A program made the position numbers and the translations under genes. Positions 53,701 through 64,000 of a stretch of 64,000 nt of DNA are shown in pieces. Position 1 is the first letter of the stretch; every line of letters starts with the position of its first letter. Source of the stretch: Acidimicrobiia bacterium (GTDB lineage Bacteria > Actinomycetota > Acidimicrobiia > Spongiisociales > ZC4RG35); NCBI GenBank assembly GCA_035550735.1, contig DASZOM010000033.1, forward strand, positions 17,444-81,443, written 5' to 3'. Under the pieces are notes generated by a model. It ran no database searches and was not told where the DNA came from. It saw nothing but the letters and a program-made list of their open reading frames with translations.

Positions 53701-55263
53701 ATGCAGTTTCAAGTCGAGCAGTCGGAGATCGAGCGAAGCATCCTCACCGGGGACGCCGTCGCATTCCTGATCGACCTGGAGAATGTCTTCGGCTGGAGAC
53801 GGGGCCAGATCCTGGAGCGTCGACAGAACCGCCAGCGCCGGCTCGACAGTGGAGAGCGTCCGCGGTTCCTGGAGGCCACATCGGGCATTCGGGACGCCGA
53901 CTGGACGGTGGCCCCCGGTCACCCCGATCTCGAGGACCGTCGGGTGGAGATCACCGGCCCGGTCGACCGCAAGATGATGATCAACGCCCTCAACTCGGGG
54001 GCCAAGGTGTTCATGGCCGACTTCGAGGACGCCACCACCCCAACCTGGGAGAACCTGCTCCACGGGCACCAGAACATCGTGGATGCCTATGAGCGGACCC
54101 TCGAGTTCGACAGCGGCGACAAGCAGTACCGCCTCGGCGACCAGATAGCCACGCTGGTGGTCCGGCCGCGGGGCTGGCATCTCACCGAGAAGCACTTCCT
54201 CGTCGACGGGCGGCCGATCTCGGCCTCCCTCTTCGACTTCGGTCTCTATCTCTTCCACGGCGGGCGTGCCGCCCTCGAAAACGGGACCGCCCCATTCCTC
54301 TATCTGCCCAAGATGGAGTCCCATCTCGAGGCGAGGCTGTGGAACGACGTCTTCGTCTGGGCCCAGGACCGCCTCGACATGGAGCAGGGGACGATCAAGG
54401 CGACCGTCCTGATCGAGAACATCCTCGCCGCATTCGAGATGGACGAGATCCTCTACGAGCTGAGAGATCATGCCGCCGGGCTCAACGCCGGCCGCTGGGA
54501 CTACATCTTCAGCGTCATCAAGAAGTTCCGCAACGACCCCCGGTTCGTGCTCCCCGACCGGGCCCAGGTGACGATGACCGTGCCGTTCATGCGGGCCTAC
54601 ACCGACCTGCTGGTGAAGACGTGCCACCGCCGGGGTGCCCACGCCATCGGGGGCATGGCCGCCTTCATCCCCAACCGACGGGACGCCGAGGTGACCGAAA
54701 ACGCCCTCGCCGCCGTCGCAGCCGACAAGAAGCGGGAGGCCGAAGCCGGGTTCGACGGAACCTGGGTGGCCCATCCCGACCTGGTCCCGGTGGCCGGCGA
54801 GCGCTTCGCTGCCGTCCTCGGGGCCCGACCGAACCAGTTGGAGAATCGACGCGACGATGTAGCCGTCGGCCCCGAAGACCTGCTCGACCTCGACTTCCCC
54901 GGTGAGGTCACCCTGGACGGGTTGGAGACCAACGTCTCGGTCGGGATCCGCTATCTGACCTCGTGGCTCTCGGGCATGGGTGCGGCAGCCATCGACGACC
55001 TCATGGAGGACGTTGCCACCGCCGAGATCTGCAGGTCACAGATCTGGCAATGGGCTCGTCACCGAGTCGCCACCTCCGACGGCACAGAGGTGACCGAGTC
55101 GCTGGTCCGATCCACGGCCGACCGGGTCGTCGCCGAACTCGAGGGCGAAGGCGATGCCGACCCGAACCTGCTGCACGCCGCCCGGAAAGTCTTCGAGGAG
55201 GTCGCCCTGTCGGACGACTTCGTCGACTTCCTGACCCTGCCCGCCTACGAGCTGATCGACTGA
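53701..55263 (+). CDS. aceB: Malate synthase A
   Basis: The 520-aa protein has the malate synthase A family pattern throughout. Confidence 0.9.
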   Translation: MQFQVEQSEIERSILTGDAVAFLIDLENVFGWRRGQILERRQNRQRRLDSGERPRFLEATSGIRDADWTVAPGHPDLEDRRVEITGPVDRKMMINALNSGAKVFMADFEDATTPTWENLLHGHQNIVDAYERTLEFDSGDKQYRLGDQIATLVVRPRGWHLTEKHFLVDGRPISASLFDFGLYLFHGGRAALENGTAPFLYLPKMESHLEARLWNDVFVWAQDRLDMEQGTIKATVLIENILAAFEMDEILYELRDHAAGLNAGRWDYIFSVIKKFRNDPRFVLPDRAQVTMTVPFMRAYTDLLVKTCHRRGAHAIGGMAAFIPNRRDAEVTENALAAVAADKKREAEAGFDGTWVAHPDLVPVAGERFAAVLGARPNQLENRRDDVAVGPEDLLDLDFPGEVTLDGLETNVSVGIRYLTSWLSGMGAAAIDDLMEDVATAEICRSQIWQWARHRVATSDGTEVTESLVRSTADRVVAELEGEGDADPNLLHAARKVFEEVALSDDFVDFLTLPAYELID

Positions 55264-55272
55264 GGAGATCCG

Positions 55273-56550
55273 ATGGAGCACATCCGCCAAGAGGCCGCCC
55301 GTCTCGCCGACGAGTGGAACAACGACTCGAGATGGGCCGGCATCGTCCGTGATTACACGGCCGAGGACGTGGTGCGTCTCCGGGGGAGCATCCGCGAGCA
55401 GCACACACTGGCCTACAGGATGTCCCAGAAGCTCTGGGAGCTGCTGCAGAGCGAGGACTATGTCAGCGCACTCGGTGCTCTCAGCGGAGGCCAGGCGGTG
55501 CAGATGGTCAAGGCCGGTCTCAAGTCGATCTATCTCTCCGGGTGGCAGGTGGCCGGTGACGGCAACCTCGCGGGTGAGGTGTACCCCGACCAGTCGCTGT
55601 ACCCGGCGAACTCGGCCCCGGCCCTGGTGGCACGGATCAACAACGCGTTCCGGCGGGCCGACCAGGTTCATTGGGCCGAGGGGGACACCGAGATCGATTG
55701 GTTCGCCCCGATCATCGCCGACGGTGAGGCCGGTTTCGGTGGGGCGCTGAACGTCTTCGAGCTGACCAAGAGCTTCATCCAGGCCGGCGCCGCCGGAGTC
55801 CATTACGAAGATCAGCTCGCCGCCGAGAAGAAGTGCGGCCACATGGGGGGCAAGGTCCTGGTTCCCACCAGCCAGCACGTGCGCACCCTGCTCGCCGCCA
55901 GACTCGCCGCCGACGTGGCCGGCGTGCCCACGATCATCGTGGCCCGCACCGACGCCAACTCGGCGACACTGCTCACCTCCGACATCGACCCCCGGGACCG
56001 GGAATTCGTCGTCGGGGAGAGGACCCCGGAAGGGTTCCACCAGGTGAGGGGCGGGCTCGAGTCGGCCATCGCCCGCGGGCTGGCCTACGCACCCTATTGC
56101 GACCTGATCTGGTGCGAGACGGCGACCCCCGATCTCGATGAGGCGAGGCAGTTCGCCGACGCGATCCACGCCGAGTACCCGGAGAAGATGCTCGCCTACA
56201 ACTGCTCGCCTTCCTTCAACTGGGGCAAGCATCTCGATGGCGACACCATCGCCCGGTTCCAAAAGGAGCTGGGAGTCCTCGGATATCGCTACCAGTTCAT
56301 CACCCTCGCCGGGTTCCATGCCCTCAATGCATCGATGTTCTCCCTCGCCAAGGGATACGCCGAGCGGGGAATGAGCGCCTATGTCGAGCTCCAGGACGAG
56401 GAGTTCGCCATGGAGGGCGACGGTTACACCGCCACCCGACATCAGCGTGAGGTGGGCGCCGGCTACTTCGACCTGGTGAGCCAGGCGGTCAGCGGCGGGG
56501 AGTCGTCGACCCTCTCCCTGCGCGGCTCCACCGAAGAGACCCAGTTCTAG
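55273..56550 (+). CDS. aceA: Isocitrate lyase
   Basis: It has the KKCGHMGGK catalytic motif. The length is 425 aa. Confidence 0.9.
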   Translation: MEHIRQEAARLADEWNNDSRWAGIVRDYTAEDVVRLRGSIREQHTLAYRMSQKLWELLQSEDYVSALGALSGGQAVQMVKAGLKSIYLSGWQVAGDGNLAGEVYPDQSLYPANSAPALVARINNAFRRADQVHWAEGDTEIDWFAPIIADGEAGFGGALNVFELTKSFIQAGAAGVHYEDQLAAEKKCGHMGGKVLVPTSQHVRTLLAARLAADVAGVPTIIVARTDANSATLLTSDIDPRDREFVVGERTPEGFHQVRGGLESAIARGLAYAPYCDLIWCETATPDLDEARQFADAIHAEYPEKMLAYNCSPSFNWGKHLDGDTIARFQKELGVLGYRYQFITLAGFHALNASMFSLAKGYAERGMSAYVELQDEEFAMEGDGYTATRHQREVGAGYFDLVSQAVSGGESSTLSLRGSTEETQF

Positions 56551-56570
56551 CGTTCGGGCCACCCATTACC

Positions 56571-57788
56571 GTGTTTGGGGCAGTGGGCATCCCGCGCCTT
56601 CACATCCGACCGGGCAATCCCGACTTCCTCGACCTCCCCTGGGACCTCCCCGTCGAGGAGTGGGGGAGCCCCCGGCTGGTCTCGATGCCCACCGGGGTGC
56701 ATCGCCACCCGGTCGTGTTCGTGGCATACGAGGAGGGTGTGTACGCGGTCAAGGAGATGCCCGCCCGGCTCGCCGCCAAGGAGTTCGACGTGCTGGGATC
56801 GCTTCGGAGCCTCACCAACCGAGCCGCGGATCCAGCCGGGCTCGTGGAGCGGTATTGGGTGGACCCGCATCGGGAGTTCTCGGCTGCGGTGATCACCCGC
56901 TACGTCGAGCACTCCTTCCCCTATCGCCGTCTCGTCTCCGGCGCCGGGTTCGGCGCCCGGCGCACCCAGATGCTCGATGCGGTGGCGGGGCTGCTCGTCG
57001 AGCTCCACATCGCCGGCTGCTACTGGGGTGACTGTTCGCTCTCCAACGTGCTCTATCGCTTCGACGCCGGCGGGATCGAGGCGATCATGATCGATGCCGA
57101 GACCTCGGAGACCCATCCCTCGCTGAGCACCGGCCAGCGTCTCCAGGACCTGGAGATCATGGAGATCAACATCGCCGGGGAAATGGCTGACATCGCCGCC
57201 ATGAACGAGCACCCGGTCGCCGCCGCCGACCTCGATCTGGGCGAGGACGTCACCCGCCGCTACCACGCCCTCTGGGCCGAGCTCACCGACGAGCTCGTCG
57301 TCGACAGGAACGAGAGCTACAAGATCCGGGAGCGGATAGGGCGGATCAACGAGCTCGGCTTCAGCGTGATGGACATCGAGATCGAGCCCACCGAGAAGGG
57401 AAACGTGGTCCGCATGCAGACCCGGGTGGGGGGACGGACGTTCAACACCGACCAGCTCCGCCGCCTCACCGGGATCGAGGCGTCGGAGAACCAGGCCCAG
57501 GTGATCCTCGGCGACCTCAACTACCACCTGGCCAAGTTCGGGTCGACCACGAGCACGGGGAAGAGCGTCGGCACGTTCAAATGGCTCACCTCGACCTATG
57601 AGCCGCTGATAGCCCGGATCAACGAGGAGTGGCCGAAGGACGAAGACCCCGTCCAGGGCTACTGCGACTTCCTTCACCATCGCATGGTCCTGGCCACGGC
57701 ACGTGGCGAGGACATCGACAACGAGGAGGCTTACCGCTCCTGGGTCGCCGCCGGCTTCCCCGGTTTCCCGGTGGAAGAAGACGGATGA
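56571..57788 (+). CDS. DUF4032-like protein with protein-kinase-like fold
   Basis: The ~400-aa protein has a kinase-like segment (HIAGCYWGDCSLSNVLYRFD). The domain assignment is from memory of the family. Confidence 0.5.
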   Translation: MFGAVGIPRLHIRPGNPDFLDLPWDLPVEEWGSPRLVSMPTGVHRHPVVFVAYEEGVYAVKEMPARLAAKEFDVLGSLRSLTNRAADPAGLVERYWVDPHREFSAAVITRYVEHSFPYRRLVSGAGFGARRTQMLDAVAGLLVELHIAGCYWGDCSLSNVLYRFDAGGIEAIMIDAETSETHPSLSTGQRLQDLEIMEINIAGEMADIAAMNEHPVAAADLDLGEDVTRRYHALWAELTDELVVDRNESYKIRERIGRINELGFSVMDIEIEPTEKGNVVRMQTRVGGRTFNTDQLRRLTGIEASENQAQVILGDLNYHLAKFGSTTSTGKSVGTFKWLTSTYEPLIARINEEWPKDEDPVQGYCDFLHHRMVLATARGEDIDNEEAYRSWVAAGFPGFPVEEDG

Positions 57789-57791
57789 GAC

Positions 57792-59021
57792 TCAGACGGT
57801 GGCGCCGGCCTTCTCCTTGACTCCGAGGCGCGTGCCGGTCTTCGGGTCGAAGAACAACAGCTTCTCGCAGTCCACCGTGAGCTGGACCCGGTCTCCCTGC
57901 TTCACCCGGATGTCCGGGCTGACCCTGGCGATGAAGTTGGTCTGGTTGCCCAACGAGGACGCATCCTGGCCCGAGTCGGCGAGGAGCTCCTCGATGTCGG
58001 GGGTCACCACCGGCCTCTCGGCGATCGTGAAGTGGATGTAGGTGTCGGCGCCGAGCATCTCGGTGACCTCGACTTCGACCTCCATCGCCCGATCGGGGTC
58101 GTGGCCCACGATCGAGGCGGCTTCCATGTCGCTCGGCCTGATGCCGATCACCAGCTCCTCGCCCATCCGGTTCTCGAGGCCGGGGTGCTTGCCCAGGGAG
58201 CGCTTGCCCACCGCCAGCCGGCTGTTGGGAAGCACGGCCCACACCCGGTCTCCCTCCGCCTCGAGCCGGCCGTAGGTCAGGTTCATGGCCGGGCTGCCGA
58301 TGAACCCGGCGACGAAGAGGTTGTCCGGGCTGTCGAACAGCTCCGTGGGAGGCCCCACCTGCTGCAGGTTGTAGGGCGCCCGCCCCGAGACCGCTCGCAG
58401 CACGGCCACCCGGTCGCCGAGGGTCATCGCCTCCACCTGGTCATGGGTGACGTAGACGGTGGTGGTGCCGAGACGGGTGTGGAGCCGCTCGAGCTCGGCG
58501 CGCATCTGGACGCGAAGCTTGGCGTCGAGGTTGGAGAGTGGCTCGTCCATGAGATAGGCCGCCGGCTCGCGCACGATGGCACGGCCCATCGCCACCCGCT
58601 GACGCTGGCCGCCGGAGAGCGCCTTGGGCTTGCGATCGAGGAAGTCACGGATCTCCAGGATGTCCGCGGCTTCGTGCACTCGTCGATCGATCTCCGCCTT
58701 GTCCATCTTGCGAAGCTTGAGACCGAAAGCCATGTTGTCGTACACCGTCATGTGCGGGTAGAGCGCATAGTTCTGGAAGACCATGGCGATGTCCCGGTCC
58801 TTGGGCGGGATGTCGTTGACGACCCGGTCGCCGATCCGCATCGTGCCCTCGCTGATCTCCTCGAGACCGGCGATCATGCGCAGGATCGTGGACTTGCCAC
58901 AGCCGGACGGGCCCACCAGCACGAGGAACTCGCCGTCTTCGATCGTGAGGTCGACACCGCCGACGGCGCGGGTCCCGCCGTCGTAGATCTTCCCCAGCCC
59001 TTCCATGACGATGGCAGCCAT
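57792..59021 (-). CDS. Sugar ABC transporter ATP-binding protein (MalK/UgpC/MsiK-like)
   Basis: An ATG at 59021 is preceded by AAGGAG. It has Walker A GPSGCGKST, signature LSGGQRQRVA, and a C-terminal MalK-like regulatory domain. Confidence 0.85.
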   Translation of the reverse strand: MAAIVMEGLGKIYDGGTRAVGGVDLTIEDGEFLVLVGPSGCGKSTILRMIAGLEEISEGTMRIGDRVVNDIPPKDRDIAMVFQNYALYPHMTVYDNMAFGLKLRKMDKAEIDRRVHEAADILEIRDFLDRKPKALSGGQRQRVAMGRAIVREPAAYLMDEPLSNLDAKLRVQMRAELERLHTRLGTTTVYVTHDQVEAMTLGDRVAVLRAVSGRAPYNLQQVGPPTELFDSPDNLFVAGFIGSPAMNLTYGRLEAEGDRVWAVLPNSRLAVGKRSLGKHPGLENRMGEELVIGIRPSDMEAASIVGHDPDRAMEVEVEVTEMLGADTYIHFTIAERPVVTPDIEELLADSGQDASSLGNQTNFIARVSPDIRVKQGDRVQLTVDCEKLLFFDPKTGTRLGVKEKAGATV

Positions 59022-59079
59022 CTCTTCTCTCCTTATCGCGCCCGATCTGCGGACCACGAACCTAGCTCATGCCGACAGG

Positions 59080-59622
59080 TCATGCCCGCCGCTCCCGCTC
59101 CCGGCGCCAGGCCCCGTACTCGTCGGCGAAGCCGACGGAGAGGGCCGGGAGCAGGGCCCCGGTCACCAATCCGGCCGAGGCGTCGAAGAACAGCAGCAGG
59201 ATCGTTGTGTATGCGATCGCCAGGCCCACCGCGATCAGCCGTCGCTTCATCTGGCCCGGGATGTCGGGCAGCTTGAGGCACAGGGCGACACCGACGCCGA
59301 ATCCGGCGGCCGCCCCCAGGGCCGGGGAGATGAGGCCGACGGAGAGACCGAGGGCGAGGAGCAGCCCCATCGAGACCAGGACCATCCTTGGCGACCTCGT
59401 GTTGCGCGACACCACCCCGACCACCACGAAGGCAAACGGAGCCAGGGCGAGGGCGATGGCGACGAGACCCGGGTTGATTCCCCGGCCCTCCCCTTCGGGC
59501 GGCACGAAGGCGGCGGCGTACGTGAAGTAGCTGAAGACGATCACCACCATCGCCAGCGCAAGGGCGAGCCAATTACGCCCGCGACTGGCGTCGGGGATCG
59601 GCGGCAGCGAACCCGGATCCAA
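59080..59622 (-). CDS. Hypothetical membrane protein (4 TM) inside sugar ABC operon
   Basis: It has hydrophobic helices. It is tightly packed between the permease and ATPase genes on the same strand. Confidence 0.4.
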   Translation of the reverse strand: MDPGSLPPIPDASRGRNWLALALAMVVIVFSYFTYAAAFVPPEGEGRGINPGLVAIALALAPFAFVVVGVVSRNTRSPRMVLVSMGLLLALGLSVGLISPALGAAAGFGVGVALCLKLPDIPGQMKRRLIAVGLAIAYTTILLLFFDASAGLVTGALLPALSVGFADEYGAWRRERERRA

Positions 59623-60507
59623 CTAGCCCTTGACCGAGCCCGCGGTGAGACCCCTCACGAAGTAGCGCTGGAGGGCGAAGAAGACGACCAGCGGCAGGAT
59701 CATCGTCACGAACGCCGCCGCCGGCAGCAGGTTGAGCGCACCCTCGCCACGGCCCGCCAGGTCGGCCAGCTCGGTGGTGAGCACCCGGTTGGACGGGTCC
59801 AGCCCCAGGAACACCAGGGCGACGAGGAAGTCGTTCCACACCCAGAGGAACTGGAAGATGGCGAAGGAAGCCAGCACCGGCACCGACAGGGGGAGGATGA
59901 GACGGGTGAATATCTGGAAGTGGCCCGCCCCGTCGATGTTCGCCGACTCGATCAGCGACGAGGGCAGCGACCCCATGTAGTTGCGCAACAGGTACACCGC
60001 CAGGGGCAACCCGAATCCGGCATGTGCCAGCCAGATCGCGGGATATGTCCCGTTGAGGTCGAACTGGGTGTAGACACGCAGGATCGGGATCAGGGCCATC
60101 TGGAGGGGGACCACGAGGAGGCCAACCACGACCACGAAGCCGATTTGTCGTCCCGGGAAGTCCATCCAGGCGAAGGCGTAGGCGGCGAAGGCGGCCACGG
60201 TGATCGGGATCACCACTGCCGGGATGGTCACCGCCAGCGAGTTGGCGAAGGCGTTGGCGAAGCCGCCTTCCAGGACCTCGCTGTAGTTCTGCAGGGTCCA
60301 CATGCCGGAGTCGAAGAGGTTGCCGAAGACACTCCACCAGCCCGAGCCTCTGATGCTCGCCGGGATCCTGAAGCTGTTGATGAGCAGACCCAGTGAGGGG
60401 ACGGTCCAGATGGCGGCTATGACCGCAATGGCGAGATAAACCGGGATGCGCGACGTCTCACGCTTCTCCTTGGTGGGCGCCGGGACCGTTTGTGCTGTGG
60501 CAGTCAT
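59623..60507 (-). CDS. Carbohydrate ABC transporter permease (MalG/UgpE-like)
   Basis: An ATG at 60507 has an AGGAGG SD and overlaps the upstream permease stop (ATGA). It has the EAA-loop region ESANIDGAGHFQIFTRLILP. The upstream part of the track ORF is R/G-rich shadow. Confidence 0.85.
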   Translation of the reverse strand: MTATAQTVPAPTKEKRETSRIPVYLAIAVIAAIWTVPSLGLLINSFRIPASIRGSGWWSVFGNLFDSGMWTLQNYSEVLEGGFANAFANSLAVTIPAVVIPITVAAFAAYAFAWMDFPGRQIGFVVVVGLLVVPLQMALIPILRVYTQFDLNGTYPAIWLAHAGFGLPLAVYLLRNYMGSLPSSLIESANIDGAGHFQIFTRLILPLSVPVLASFAIFQFLWVWNDFLVALVFLGLDPSNRVLTTELADLAGRGEGALNLLPAAAFVTMILPLVVFFALQRYFVRGLTAGSVKG

Positions 60508-61661
60508 CTCGTCGCCTCCTGTTCCCGGAACTGCTTGATGTTGAGGATCAGGATCGGGACCACCGCCACGAAGAGCAGCACGGCCAGGGCGGCGCCCATG
60601 CCGTCGTTGTTGAACGTGAAGAACTCGGTCACCATGCGCTCGGCCACGACCGACGTGTTGAAGCCGCCTCCAGTCATCACGAACACGATGTCGAAGACCT
60701 TCCAGGTGGTGATCAGCACGGTCGTCCACACCACGACGATGGTCGTCATGATCGAGGGGACGACGATCTTGCGGAAGACCGCCCACTCGTTGGCGCCATC
60801 GATGCGGGCAGCCTCCTGCAGCTCCTCGGGAACGGACTTGATCGCCGAGGAGAGGATGACCATGGCGAAGCCGACCTGGAGCCAGATCAGGATCACCATC
60901 AGCAGCAGGTTGTTCCACAGCGGGAGTTGCAGCCAATTGACCGGGTCCCTGCCGAAGGCGACCCAGATGGCATTGAGAACCCCGATCTGGTCGCCGAAAC
61001 CCTCGGGCCGGAAGCTGTAGATGAACGTCCACACCACTGAGGCCCCGACGAACGAGATGGCCATCGGGAGGAAGATGAGCGACTTGGCGAAAGCCTCCGT
61101 CTTCCGGCCCAGCTTGTCGGCCAGCGTGGCGAAGGCGAGGCCTATGAGCACTGCCACGGCGGGGACGATGATCACCCAGGCGACGCTGTTCCTGATCGCC
61201 ACCAGGTAAGTGCTCTCGGTGAAGATCCGTGCGTAGTTGTCGAGCCCGACGAACTCGTCACCCGCCGAGTTCTGGAAGCTGAGGATGAAGGTATTGACCG
61301 CCGGGTAGATCAGGTAGAAGGCGAGGAGGACCATCGCCGGCCCGGCGAAGACGAACGGCCGAACGCCGGCGGCGACCCGGGCCGGGAAGGCCGAGGTCAT
61401 GCGGTCCATCGCCCAGTAGAGAACCCAGACACCGACAACTCCGAGCACCACGGCCACCACGACCTGGATCACCTTGTTGATGTCGTCGCGCTGGAGGAAC
61501 TCGAAGGCGAAGAAGAACGCGACGAGGACCACCGGGACGATCAGGGCGCTGAGGAGCCTGAGCAGCCACACCTGAGGGCTGTTGCTGGCCGATACCTCCT
61601 CGCGGACCGGCCGTTGCTCGGGCACCGTTGGGTCGGTGAGAATCGGTGGCGTCGCTGCCAT
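60504..61661 (-). CDS. Carbohydrate ABC transporter permease (MalF/UgpA-like)
   Basis: It has six TM helices and an EAA loop (EAARIDGANEWAVFRKIVVP). Confidence 0.85.
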   Translation of the reverse strand: MAATPPILTDPTVPEQRPVREEVSASNSPQVWLLRLLSALIVPVVLVAFFFAFEFLQRDDINKVIQVVVAVVLGVVGVWVLYWAMDRMTSAFPARVAAGVRPFVFAGPAMVLLAFYLIYPAVNTFILSFQNSAGDEFVGLDNYARIFTESTYLVAIRNSVAWVIIVPAVAVLIGLAFATLADKLGRKTEAFAKSLIFLPMAISFVGASVVWTFIYSFRPEGFGDQIGVLNAIWVAFGRDPVNWLQLPLWNNLLLMVILIWLQVGFAMVILSSAIKSVPEELQEAARIDGANEWAVFRKIVVPSIMTTIVVVWTTVLITTWKVFDIVFVMTGGGFNTSVVAERMVTEFFTFNNDGMGAALAVLLFVAVVPILILNIKQFREQEATR

Positions 61662-61794
61662 ATCTACCTGCTCCGTGGGTCGCTTGGGCGCCGAACCCTA
61701 ACCAACCGCTCAATGCCGTGCCTGAGGTTGTCCGTGAATAGGGAAGAGGGTGGCTCGTGGAGCCACCCTCTCCTTCATGATCGCGAGATCGTCC

Positions 61795-63174
61795 CTAGCT
61801 GGGCCAGCTCGCCTCGATCGCGTCGGTCACGTCCTGTGAGGGCGTGCCCTGGGTCCAATCGATCATCCCGGTCCAGAATGTCTCCTGACCCACTTCGGGC
61901 GGCATCAGGTCGGAGGCGTCGAACACGAAGGTGTTCTCGGCCAACGCCGTGGTGATCGCCTCGGCGAATGTCTTCGCCGACTCGCTCTCGTAGCAGTTCG
62001 GGTCCACGTCCTTGTGGCCCGGCAGTCGCTCGACGCCGGCCACACCGTGTCCGCCGTTGGCGGCGACCCCGCCCCCGCTCGCGGATGCCAGCGTGCACTG
62101 CCACTCGGGTGTGATCCAGTCCTTGATCACCGCGGCGATCGCCGGGTCGTCCTCGAACACGATGAGGGTGTCACCACCGCCCATGGCGCCGGTGTTGCCG
62201 TCGATCGTGGGGAAGTTGAACACCCCGATCTCGGACTCCTCGCCTTCCTCGTAGCCCGCTGCCGTGGTGAAGAAGTTGGCGATGAACGAGCCCTGCTTGA
62301 GCATCGCACAGTCGGCAGGATCGTTGAACAACGGGGAGGGTGAGTCCTCGAAGATGACACCCGCCACGTTCTCCGGCCCGCCGAGGACGAAGCCCTCACC
62401 GAAGAAGATCTCTCCGAAGGTGTCGAATGCCTCGACAACAGTGGCGTCGTTGAACGGGATCTCGTGGTTGTACCACTGGGCGTACGCCTCGGAGCCGTTC
62501 TGACGGACATAGATGTCCTCGATCCAGTCGGTGCCGGGCCAACCGGTGGCGTCACCACTGCCGAAGCCAAAGCACCACGGAGTCACTCCGTCGGCCACCA
62601 TCTGCTCGGAGAGGGCGACCAGGTCGTCGTACGTCTCCGGGATCTCGTAGCCGCCTTCCTCGAAGGTCGGCATGTGATAGAAGACCACCGACTTGAAGTT
62701 GGGGAACCAGGGGATCCCGTAGTGGTTTCCGTCTTCGCACAGCCCGAGGTTCATCCAGTACTCGGAGTGGTTCTCCTCCATCGCGGCGATGTCGAAGCCC
62801 ATGTCCTCCAGCGACACCAGGTGCCCACCGTCGGCCATCTCGCAAATGGTGGCCGGCTGCGGGGTGAACGCGACCGCCGGTGGATCTCCACCGTCGACCT
62901 GGATCCTCAACTGCTGTTCGAACTCGGACACACCGGTGTAGGTGATGTTCGACCCGACGACCTCGTTGTACTTGTTGACGAAGCCGGTCATGGCATCGCC
63001 CTCGACCCCGGTCGGGCCGCCGAACATGTTGAACTCGGCGTTGGCGGCTTCTCCGCCTCCGCCTCCTCCCGTGTCACCGCCGCCGGTCGTGGTGTCGCTT
63101 CCGCCCCCACCCTCGCCACAAGCAGCGACGATGAGCGCCAGCGCCATCACGGCCAACAACCATCGTTTCTTCAT
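61795..63174 (-). CDS. Sugar ABC transporter substrate-binding lipoprotein (solute-binding family 1)
   Basis: MKKRWLLAVMALALIVAACGEGGGG gives a lipobox followed by a Gly-rich linker. The SBP_bac_1-like body follows. Confidence 0.85.
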   Translation of the reverse strand: MKKRWLLAVMALALIVAACGEGGGGSDTTTGGGDTGGGGGGEAANAEFNMFGGPTGVEGDAMTGFVNKYNEVVGSNITYTGVSEFEQQLRIQVDGGDPPAVAFTPQPATICEMADGGHLVSLEDMGFDIAAMEENHSEYWMNLGLCEDGNHYGIPWFPNFKSVVFYHMPTFEEGGYEIPETYDDLVALSEQMVADGVTPWCFGFGSGDATGWPGTDWIEDIYVRQNGSEAYAQWYNHEIPFNDATVVEAFDTFGEIFFGEGFVLGGPENVAGVIFEDSPSPLFNDPADCAMLKQGSFIANFFTTAAGYEEGEESEIGVFNFPTIDGNTGAMGGGDTLIVFEDDPAIAAVIKDWITPEWQCTLASASGGGVAANGGHGVAGVERLPGHKDVDPNCYESESAKTFAEAITTALAENTFVFDASDLMPPEVGQETFWTGMIDWTQGTPSQDVTDAIEASWPS

Positions 63175-63264
63175 TTTTCCTCCTTCACGGGCACATGCCC
63201 ACCGGGCACCCTACACAGGGATGTCGATGGAGGCCGCCTGGTTGTCAGGGATGAATTCGCCGTC

Positions 63265-63537
63265 CTACTGGACGGCATCCTTGACCGATCCGGCCAGATC
63301 ACGCTCGCCCCAGGTGAGGAAGAGGTCGATGAGGGCGGCCGCTCCTATCACGCCGGCGATGGCCGCGGTCAGGGGTGTCGCGGAGAGGAAAACTGCCGAC
63401 GACAGGCCAACGACGGCCACGGCCCCGAGACGCTGTCGCCGTTTGCCGAGACGGGTCTCGTCCATCATCGACTGCGCCTTGTGACGACATGCCTCGAGGC
63501 TCGGGAGCTCGGCGATCGGGCCCTCCTCCACCTGCAC
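63265..63537 (-). CDS. Hypothetical protein with C-terminal TM segment (5' end uncertain)
   Basis: Track ORF from GTG 63537. Coding-like in-frame sequence (LEWTREGDSWFADRFRIDRLSPNVWQLSYDNRVDLEG) continues upstream to about 63675 without a canonical start. Confidence 0.3.
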   Translation of the reverse strand: MQVEEGPIAELPSLEACRHKAQSMMDETRLGKRRQRLGAVAVVGLSSAVFLSATPLTAAIAGVIGAAALIDLFLTWGERDLAGSVKDAVQ

Positions 63538-63686
63538 CCCCTCGAGGTCGACGCGGTTGTCGTAGCTGAGCTGCCAGACATTGGGGGAGAGACGGTCAAT
63601 GCGAAATCGGTCGGCGAACCACGAGTCGCCTTCGCGGGTCCATTCCAGCTTCGAGGCGGGTCTGATCCCCCGAGATTACCGACCGG

Positions 63687-64000
63687 TCATGCGTTGACAC
63701 GCTCGGTAGCCACATGGAGCAGGGCCAGTGCCACTGCCGTGATCAGAAGGCTCGGGGCGAGGGTGCCCAGACCTCGACGTTCTGCGATCACGCCGAACAG
63801 CCACGGCAGAGCGGCGGCTCCGAGGTTGGCTGCTGCGAGCTGATAGCCGACGGTCGCCGTGGCCCGACTTCGCCCGATCCGGGCCGGTGTCAGCGACACC
63901 AGCATCGGGAACACCGAGGCCAATCCGAGTCCGGCCACGGGGAGGCCGATCACACCGAGCGAGGCGGGGTCCCACCAGAGCAGGCAGAGCCCCACGATGC
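63687..64000 (-). CDS. MFS-type transporter, C-terminal fragment (gene continues beyond window end)
   Basis: It has hydrophobic helices ending ...ITAVALALLHVATERVNA*. The frame remains open to the window edge. Confidence 0.45.
   Translation of the reverse strand, partial: IVGLCLLWWDPASLGVIGLPVAGLGLASVFPMLVSLTPARIGRSRATATVGYQLAAANLGAAALPWLFGVIAERRGLGTLAPSLLITAVALALLHVATERVNA

Overview
This is a high-GC (~68-70%) window from what looks like an Actinobacteria chromosome, with about 60 genes and no rRNA, tRNA, CRISPR or transposase/integrase genes seen. Markers pointing to Actinobacteria are F420-type LLM oxidoreductases, a mycothiol-type MDMPI N-terminal domain protein, a DUF222 HNH gene, a RamB-aceB-aceA glyoxylate module, Lhr helicase, and a DnaE2 with a perfect LexA box.

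Conserved backbone genes: a partial alpha/beta hydrolase, nagA, an M15 peptidase lipoprotein, dnaE2, a patB-like C-S lyase, a universal stress protein, flavin reductase, SDR, a DMT transporter, and lhr. These are followed by dapA-rnj-ftsK, a 2-oxoacid dehydrogenase E1alpha/E1beta/E2 operon, an ABC-2 exporter operon with a TetR regulator, and a sugar ABC importer operon.

The most unusual items are:
- An AhpD/CMD-family ORF coupled to the E2 gene whose conserved CxxC motif carries an in-frame TGA (NDCHY-TGA-IAAH), a selenocysteine candidate.
- An in-frame ParB-like N-terminal peptide (RRSGLGRGLDALIPT) in front of the E1alpha reading frame.
- An orphan NorD/CbbO-like VWA + CbbQ/NorQ-like AAA+ pair with a LOG-family gene immediately downstream (25 nt), with MDMPI-like, BtpA and crotonase genes following.
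- An AroQ type II dehydroquinase fused to an alpha/beta hydrolase.
- A P-loop kinase fused to an LLM oxidoreductase.
- An ABC exporter whose conserved N-terminus has no canonical start codon.

Many large R/G/P-rich ORFs in the six-frame track are antisense or out-of-frame shadows and were rejected.
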